Origin: Patescibacteria group bacterium
GTDB lineage: Bacteria > Patescibacteriota > Minisyncoccia > Moranbacterales > UBA9337
DNA length: 64,000 nucleotides
NCBI GenBank assembly: GCA_042569905.1
Contig: JBHPHA010000002.1
Span: forward strand, 3,756-67,755
Direction: 5' to 3'
Shown: positions 58,269-64,000 of the stretch, piece by piece
Layout of the letters: each line of letters opens with the position of its first letter
Position numbering within the stretch: the stretch's first letter is position 1
Notes under the pieces: generated by a model
Told to the model about the DNA's origin: nothing
Seen by the model: the letters and a program-made list of their open reading frames with translations, nothing else
Database searches by the model: none
Made by a program: the position numbers and the translations under genes

Positions 58269-59027
58269 TCAGCCAAGGGAGATTGAATCTCCATCAGATT
58301 TGAATCGAAGCCATCCGGGTCGAGGCGGAGTATTCTTGGTTCCAACCTTGCCGCCAAGCGTCGCTGGACGAAGCTTACCATCGCCCTCTTTCTTTTTAAT
58401 GATGTACTTTTTTGCAATAAAGTTGATACACTCCATTGCCAATTTGTCCACCGTTTTTTCACGAGGGAGGCATGTTGTGTCCACGTCACACGCCTTTGTG
58501 TATATTTCCATCGCCAATAGTGGGTCTTTGCGACAGGCAATTTTCACTCCTATTTCAATTACTTTCTTAAAGATCTCGTTGCTCATAATTTGTCTCCGTG
58601 TTTGTTGAATTTTCATTTCCACTACTAACTTACGCACCTGTTCAAGCGAAGGTTCATGGCATCGAGCGCCAGCACAAACAGCTGAACATTTCATCATATT
58701 TCCACCAAATCCCTCAATCGACAATACTTCCATTTTGGAGATATTGTAATCTGACTCAACAGTCTCAATGCAAAGCCTTACTGTCTCAGAGCTAATTTCA
58801 TCCAGAGACTCGGCGATTTTCAGCACCTTGAATACTCCTAACAAGTCAAATGTTTCAAGATTAACGAAAGAAAATTCATCATTTTTCGACCCTATTCCAA
58901 AGGGAAGATCTAAGAATAGACTCCCAATCTTTATCCCAGCTACCCCGATAAAAAACTGGAATGTCCTCACATTCTTACCGTTTACCTTTTTATTTTCCAA
59001 TTTCTTACCCTCTACTAGTACGTGCAC
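58269..59027 (-). CDS. hypothetical protein, family Q (long form)
   Basis: GTG start with GGAGGAGAG RBS; Cys cluster CSAVCAGARCH; 3' part is visibly GC-rich. Confidence 0.55.
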   Translation of the reverse strand: MHVLVEGKKLENKKVNGKNVRTFQFFIGVAGIKIGSLFLDLPFGIGSKNDEFSFVNLETFDLLGVFKVLKIAESLDEISSETVRLCIETVESDYNISKMEVLSIEGFGGNMMKCSAVCAGARCHEPSLEQVRKLVVEMKIQQTRRQIMSNEIFKKVIEIGVKIACRKDPLLAMEIYTKACDVDTTCLPREKTVDKLAMECINFIAKKYIIKKKEGDGKLRPATLGGKVGTKNTPPRPGWLRFKSDGDSISLG

Positions 59028-59155
59028 ACTTATACTCTCCTCCTTGATTTGATTTTATTTTCAAGTAACTACATTCTTGTCATATAACGACTCCTAATAT
59101 TAGCATAAAAAATATGATTTGTCAAATGAAAATCACTGTTTTTTAGCTCCATACC

Positions 59156-59184
59156 TTGACTTTTTGGCAAAAATATGCTATTAT
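59156..59184 (+). promoter_or_regulatory. promoter TTGACT-N17-TATTAT
   Basis: ccttgactttttggcaaaaatatgctattattaa. Confidence 0.6.
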
Positions 59185-59251
59185 TAAAAGTATCATTTAA
59201 AGTTGTTTTAAAATAATACTAGACGCATCATATAGCACAAGGAGAAAAATA

Positions 59252-59668
59252 ATGTTTAAAATAATACTGAATTTCATAGATAGAAGAGAATCACTGGTAA
59301 TTGCTGTATTAGCTACGATAGCAGTACTACTAACTACACCGCTGGCTTATCAAGCGGTCACCGCCCCTACTGAAGGAGCCGTGACCATTACTAAGGACTT
59401 ACCTACTTTCACAATAACTGTGGACAAGGCTCCGCTGAATTATCGAGGAGCTGTTGTAAGTAGGGGTGGTGAATGTGAGGTTGACTTAGAAAACGGTCAA
59501 TTTAAAATCCTCGATCCAAAGGCGGAAAGAGGTAAGATTCCTGCTTTTTATGAGATCTTCACCAACAACAAACTTCCCAAGTTAGCCTGTCCGTCACAGA
59601 CAAGTTTTCGAATAACCATCGAGGAGTTGGAAGAAATGAAAAAAAGAGGAGCTCAATTCTCTTCGTAA
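59252..59668 (+). CDS. hypothetical signal-anchored/secreted protein
   Basis: 138 aa; AAGGAGA RBS; N-terminal TM helix. Confidence 0.6.
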   Translation: MFKIILNFIDRRESLVIAVLATIAVLLTTPLAYQAVTAPTEGAVTITKDLPTFTITVDKAPLNYRGAVVSRGGECEVDLENGQFKILDPKAERGKIPAFYEIFTNNKLPKLACPSQTSFRITIEELEEMKKRGAQFSS

Positions 59669-59722
59669 CACAACCGGGGCGTGAGATTATAATATCTCCG
59701 CCTTTTTTATTTTTCGATTTAA

Positions 59723-59890
59723 TTATTCTTCAGTTTCTAGAACAATATATGAAGCAGATTGACCGCCATCAAACGAACAAATGTTTTTACAGTTCTTACA
59801 TTTCACCTCAACAAAACCCTTAACCAAATCCCCCTTGAAAAACAGTTTTCCACAATGTGGACATCTGTATTGTTTTTTGACCTTACTCAT
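59723..59890 (-). CDS. Com-like zinc-ribbon protein (55 aa), not in ORF track
   Basis: Own translation: MSKVKKQYRCPHCGKLFFKGDLVKGFVEVKCKNCKNICSFDGGQSASYIVLETEE; the CxxC..CxxC layout resembles phage Mu Com. Confidence 0.5.
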   Translation of the reverse strand: MSKVKKQYRCPHCGKLFFKGDLVKGFVEVKCKNCKNICSFDGGQSASYIVLETEE

Positions 59891-59992
59891 AGTAGCATTT
59901 CAAATTATCTTTTTATTACTTCTACTTTCATTATCGCAGAACTACATAAAGAAAAGTTAAAGAAATTATGAAATATTTATGAAATGCTGCTT

Positions 59993-61957
59993 TTAACTCT
60001 TTTTATATGAATCAATAAACTTAAGCGCTTCTTTTTGCTCCTTTATTGTCTTTTTTGCAACATTTTCAACAGAAAAAATCATTTCCTCAAGAAACGTCTT
60101 ATCTCCCTTTAAATCAATTTGATTTAAAAAATGCGTTGCTTTGCCTGTGTGATATATCACCTTACTACAAATATCATCAACGGCATTGTTCCAAAAAAAC
60201 TCCCTAAAAATTGGGACGTCACTGTTGACATCAACTGCAATATCTCCACTCAACCTTCTTTCTTTTTTCCATTTATCAAAAATCCACACGAAAACACTAT
60301 TAATCTGACCATTTTTCAAATCATCCTCCCAATCATGCATATCATCATTAATTTGTCTTGCGACAATAAAATGATGAAAAAATTTCATTATATTTTTGAT
60401 TTCATCCGAGTCCTTACTGTATCCTAATAAAAATAGTATCGATACCACACCAAGAGAGTGTCCGATTGATTTTTCAGATAGCATCGACAACCTTCCGAAA
60501 CTTAAACTCGAATCAATCTCAACCTTCCCTCTTTTACTTTTCAAATGACAATTTTCAAGCTCCCACTTATTAGCTCTTTCTATTTTATCCATTGTGTCAC
60601 TAAAAAAACTCACAAACTCTTTATTTCTTGAGTTGGTTTGAATAAAAATAGACGTAAGTTCCCTTGAAAAAATATTCGCGATTAGTAGCTTCTTTTTGTC
60701 TCCCACATTGTCCAGAAAGTCATCATAAATCGCATAAGCAATCCATCCATACAAACCAGCAAGTCCCAAGTTAATCACGTCTTTGTCGCTTATGCCTTCC
60801 GCTTGATTACCCAGTGCTTTTTTAAAATAATATGGCAAAAGAATGATTTGATCATCATTGATGCCTCCTAATAATAATTTCTTTTCTTTCAAAAAATCAT
60901 CGCAAGAAAATATCTTCGTTTCTTGAACTTTTATTTTCAAGCTCATCTCCACTTCCTTTCTAATCTTATCTGCACCACTATCATTTTTTTCTTTTTTCTT
61001 TTTTAACTTAGAGGTGCTGTCTAAATACTTCTGAAAAACACATAGGCAAAACGCAGTAGTCAAACCAACTGACCCCGAGTAGTGCTTTTTATTCCTATTA
61101 ATTTTTTCCACAACAAATGAATACCTATCCCAGGAGCCATCTTTGTTTTGACTAGATTGAATCAAAGAAAGACTCTCTTTTAGCTTTTGAGGATTATAGC
61201 CAAAATTCAAAAGAGAAATACAAGCCAGAGCTGTATCTAAGACATTCCCCCAACTTCCATTTTTCTTTCTTTTTGAAACAAGAAATCTAATTATTTTATT
61301 TTTGTCTTTGTGCTTATAGAACCGTGAAATGAAATATATAACCGAGTATTCTGATGAATAATACTGAGAAGAGTAATCGCTCGTATTAATTGCATTTTTA
61401 ATTAGCTTATCAATACTATCTAGCGAGATATCCTCGAGACTCAAAAAATATGCCACGTTACTATTAACTGCTAGGTCAATATCTTTCCATTTTTCATCAT
61501 TCCCTGCTATCCAAGTATGGTAAGGTCCTCCCTCCTCAATCTCAACAACTGTCAACACAGAAACAGCCTTCGCTAAAACACTTCCATCCACAATCCCACT
61601 ATTCATCCTATGCAAAGCAGACAGCGCACAAAAAGTATCATCCAGGTCATCAGGATAAGGTAGTTTTTTGAAATCCTCTGACCCTCTATCCCAATAGTTA
61701 AATGTCCAGTACTCACTCTTTTGTGAAAGCAAAAACTTAGATAATTTACTTTTCAACACTCCCGCACCCTTACTCTCAGGTAGTTCATTTAGGCAATCAA
61801 GAATTAGTGTGGCAGAAAAGATAGATTGATATCTTTTCTTAACTTTATCGCTTAAATCACTAGAAGTAATTGAAGGAAAGTTACCATCATTTAGTTGATT
61901 TTGCAGTAAGAAACCAAGTCCCTTACTTATGTTTTTTTCTATTTGATTTTTCCTCAT
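59993..61957 (-). CDS. fusion protein: N-terminal prenyltransferase/squalene-cyclase-repeat (class II-like, DLDDT) + C-terminal isoprenoid-synthase-like (DDFLD, NDDMHDWEDD) domain
   Basis: 654 aa; QW-like repeats (NDGNFPS, KNGSWGN, NKDGSWD); PDDLDDTFCALSAL resembles DxDDTA; C-terminal Asp-rich motifs. Confidence 0.6.
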   Translation of the reverse strand: MRKNQIEKNISKGLGFLLQNQLNDGNFPSITSSDLSDKVKKRYQSIFSATLILDCLNELPESKGAGVLKSKLSKFLLSQKSEYWTFNYWDRGSEDFKKLPYPDDLDDTFCALSALHRMNSGIVDGSVLAKAVSVLTVVEIEEGGPYHTWIAGNDEKWKDIDLAVNSNVAYFLSLEDISLDSIDKLIKNAINTSDYSSQYYSSEYSVIYFISRFYKHKDKNKIIRFLVSKRKKNGSWGNVLDTALACISLLNFGYNPQKLKESLSLIQSSQNKDGSWDRYSFVVEKINRNKKHYSGSVGLTTAFCLCVFQKYLDSTSKLKKKKEKNDSGADKIRKEVEMSLKIKVQETKIFSCDDFLKEKKLLLGGINDDQIILLPYYFKKALGNQAEGISDKDVINLGLAGLYGWIAYAIYDDFLDNVGDKKKLLIANIFSRELTSIFIQTNSRNKEFVSFFSDTMDKIERANKWELENCHLKSKRGKVEIDSSLSFGRLSMLSEKSIGHSLGVVSILFLLGYSKDSDEIKNIMKFFHHFIVARQINDDMHDWEDDLKNGQINSVFVWIFDKWKKERRLSGDIAVDVNSDVPIFREFFWNNAVDDICSKVIYHTGKATHFLNQIDLKGDKTFLEEMIFSVENVAKKTIKEQKEALKFIDSYKKS

Positions 61958-63398
61958 TATTCACTTTTTGTTTTATTTTTATAGTAAACTCTGTACCAAA
62001 AGTTTTGTTATTCTTCACAGAAATGCCTCCATCAAAGCTTCTTGAAATAATATCCTTCACCGTTGTCAAACCTATTCCAGTTCCCCTTTCCTCTTTTGTA
62101 GTGAAGAATGGATCGAAAATATTCTGCATAACACACTCATCAATTCCCTCCCCATAATCTCTAATGACTATCTCAAAAAACTCGCCCGCCTCACGCAACT
62201 CCACATCTATATTGCAATTGCCTCTACTTACGGAATGATAAGAATCAATCGCGTTAATTAAAAGATTAATCATTATTTGATTAAATTTAGCCAAATCACC
62301 ATACAGTAAAAAATTATTCTTCGCATTTGAATCAAAGAAAACTTGAATATCTTTTCTCTTAATCTCATATGAAAGCATCTGTATCACTGACTCAATCTCA
62401 TCAGCTAATGAAAATGTGACCTTTTTATTTTCCCACTTAAGCTGTCTTTGCATAGCTATTAAAAATTCCCTTGTCTTATCCAAAGAAACATTCACCCGCT
62501 TAATGTCCTCTTTCGTCTCGGAAAGATTCGCCTGCTTACCCATCTCAGTCTTTTCAATACTCAAAAATAATACAGTTAGATAATTTGAGAGATCATGAAA
62601 AAGTCCTGATGATAGCTTACCAAATTCAGCCATTTTAAAGACTTGCCTGTTTTTCTCATATTGAATTCGCTTCAACTCTTCAGTTCTTTCAACTACCTTA
62701 TCCTCAAGCATATCCCTCTCGATTTTAAGCTCTGCCTCAGATTTTCTTGCTCGCTTCAGTGACCTTTCTATTTCCCGATTAGAGAGCCAAGAAACTAATG
62801 TGATAATCCCTAGTGTAACCACATATTCAAACACATCTCCAACCGTCAACATTTCAGACCGCCAGTAACCATCCACCTCAATAACTGACGTTGCCTGCAA
62901 ATACCCTAAAGATAATGCTGTCACTGCAATAAGAGTTGTTATTCCAAATGAAAATCGTGTCCCCAACAAAACACCAGCAACAACAATAATCATTGCGTAA
63001 GTCAGCAAAACTTGAGGAAGGTCAACTCCCCAAACATAGGCGGTGTACGTAACAGAAATAAAGTAAATTGTTATCAGCAAATATGAAGACAGAATAATCC
63101 AACCAATCCTTGATAAAGCATATAGCGAAATAAATACCAACAGTATCGATGTGATGATAATCACTGACACGCCTCTATAACTTGAATCTGTTAGCCAATA
63201 ATAAAGAACGAAGATAGAAAATGTTGCTGTCAAAAGTATTGTTCCAGCTAATAGCACATTCAAGATAAACTCTCTGCGACGTAAATCCTCAGTCTTAGAC
63301 CTAGCCTTGAACAGAAAACAAAACAAAAAACGAGCAATTCTTCTCCAAGAATCACTAGCATTTTTCAATAGGCATTTCTTTTTTAATAGATATTTCAT
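61923..63398 (-). CDS. sensor histidine kinase (multi-TM N-terminus)
   Basis: H-box GLFHDLSNYL; N-box NLLINAIDS; G-box GTGIGL; 35-nt overlap with the downstream terpene-like gene. Confidence 0.9.
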   Translation of the reverse strand: MKYLLKKKCLLKNASDSWRRIARFLFCFLFKARSKTEDLRRREFILNVLLAGTILLTATFSIFVLYYWLTDSSYRGVSVIIITSILLVFISLYALSRIGWIILSSYLLITIYFISVTYTAYVWGVDLPQVLLTYAMIIVVAGVLLGTRFSFGITTLIAVTALSLGYLQATSVIEVDGYWRSEMLTVGDVFEYVVTLGIITLVSWLSNREIERSLKRARKSEAELKIERDMLEDKVVERTEELKRIQYEKNRQVFKMAEFGKLSSGLFHDLSNYLTVLFLSIEKTEMGKQANLSETKEDIKRVNVSLDKTREFLIAMQRQLKWENKKVTFSLADEIESVIQMLSYEIKRKDIQVFFDSNAKNNFLLYGDLAKFNQIMINLLINAIDSYHSVSRGNCNIDVELREAGEFFEIVIRDYGEGIDECVMQNIFDPFFTTKEERGTGIGLTTVKDIISRSFDGGISVKNNKTFGTEFTIKIKQKVNNEEKSNRKKHK

Positions 63399-63668
63399 TG
63401 AATGCTCGCTTATTTGTTTTACTCAACGCTTAGTCCCAAGGAGTTCCAACTACAGCTGTAGCAACTATAATTGCATTGATTTTAGTAATATTTCTAGTAG
63501 CTTTTTTAACTAGAATTTTTTTTATTGCTTTTTTCATTTTTGTTTTTTGCAATATGTGCATTTATGCTCAATTAAGGATGAAATAAACTTTCGACCACCT
63601 TGTTTAATTTCACCTACTTACATTATACATAAAGAAGATGAAGAAAAGATGAAGAAAAAATGAAGTCA

Positions 63669-64000
63669 CTATTCATCACATTTCATTCTATATCCGCGCC
63701 CAGAAACTGTCTCAATCACATTGTTTCTACTCTTGCATCCCAACTTCATTCTTAAACTCCTCATATGTGATTCAACTGTATTAGAAAAAGGATCAACACT
63801 TGAATCCCAAACATGATCCCAAATCATTCCTCGAGAAACAACTTGTCCAGCGTTTCGCATAAGTAACTCCAGTAACATAAACTCCTTCAATGTAAGATTA
63901 ATTACCTTTGAATTTTTCTTAATAATATGTTTCTTCAAGTCAATTGAAATATGTCCAACCTCCAAAACGTCTCCCCTCATTCCACCTGGCCTCCTTAGTA
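63669..64000 (-). CDS. OmpR-family response regulator, C-terminal winged-helix part (5' end beyond window)
   Basis: LTLKEFMLLELLMRNAGQVVSR..VESHMRSLRMKL..ETVSGRGYRM; the frame stays open to the window edge. Confidence 0.85.
   Translation of the reverse strand, partial: LRRPGGMRGDVLEVGHISIDLKKHIIKKNSKVINLTLKEFMLLELLMRNAGQVVSRGMIWDHVWDSSVDPFSNTVESHMRSLRMKLGCKSRNNVIETVSGRGYRMKCDE

Noticed and set aside
58220-58608. Overlapping ORFs 58220..58540 (-) and 58300..58608 (+)
   Set aside because: These alternative frames are open only because the segment is GC-rich. The RBS-supported frame is 58269..59027.

Overview
This is a low-GC (roughly mid-30s % by eye) bacterial chromosomal window read in the standard genetic code: gyrB, uvrA, rpoB and rpoC are all intact with UGA as stop. 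About 90% of genes lie on the minus strand. The mix of housekeeping genes with many small orphan genes looks like a reduced, Patescibacteria/CPR-like genome, but that is inference only. Housekeeping blocks: gyrB (partial), manC, uvrA, a VWA protein, glyA, a TrpR/YerC-like regulator, rmlD, lexA, rpoC and rpoB. The right end carries a response regulator, a histidine kinase and an unusual terpene cyclase/synthase-like fusion. Two fields (about 25.5-38 kb and 52-59.7 kb) contain small orphan genes, most with their own TTGACA-N17-TAnnnT promoter and hairpin terminator. These fields include at least five paralog families and intergenic modules that recur between unrelated genes. The centre (38.1-51.6 kb) is a Type I R-M operon (hsdM, hsdS, hsdR) that has accumulated nested cargo: an AbiL-like ATPase+RloB pair, a 182-aa orphan, a Septu-like PtuA/PtuB pair, a HEAT-like orphan, a DUF4268-like protein and RhuM. 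Cargo junctions carry scars: a duplicated hsdS 3' end, three copies of the hsdR 5' end, and a hairpin repeat family with a TCACCCCC..TTGTCATYC terminus. I consider this cassette-accumulating slot the most interesting feature. Other finds missing from the ORF track are an AbrB/MazE-like plus PD-(D/E)XK nuclease pair, two small membrane peptides, a Com-like zinc ribbon, and a NUDIX gene with an in-frame TAA. No tRNA, rRNA, CRISPR array, integrase or transposase was recognised.
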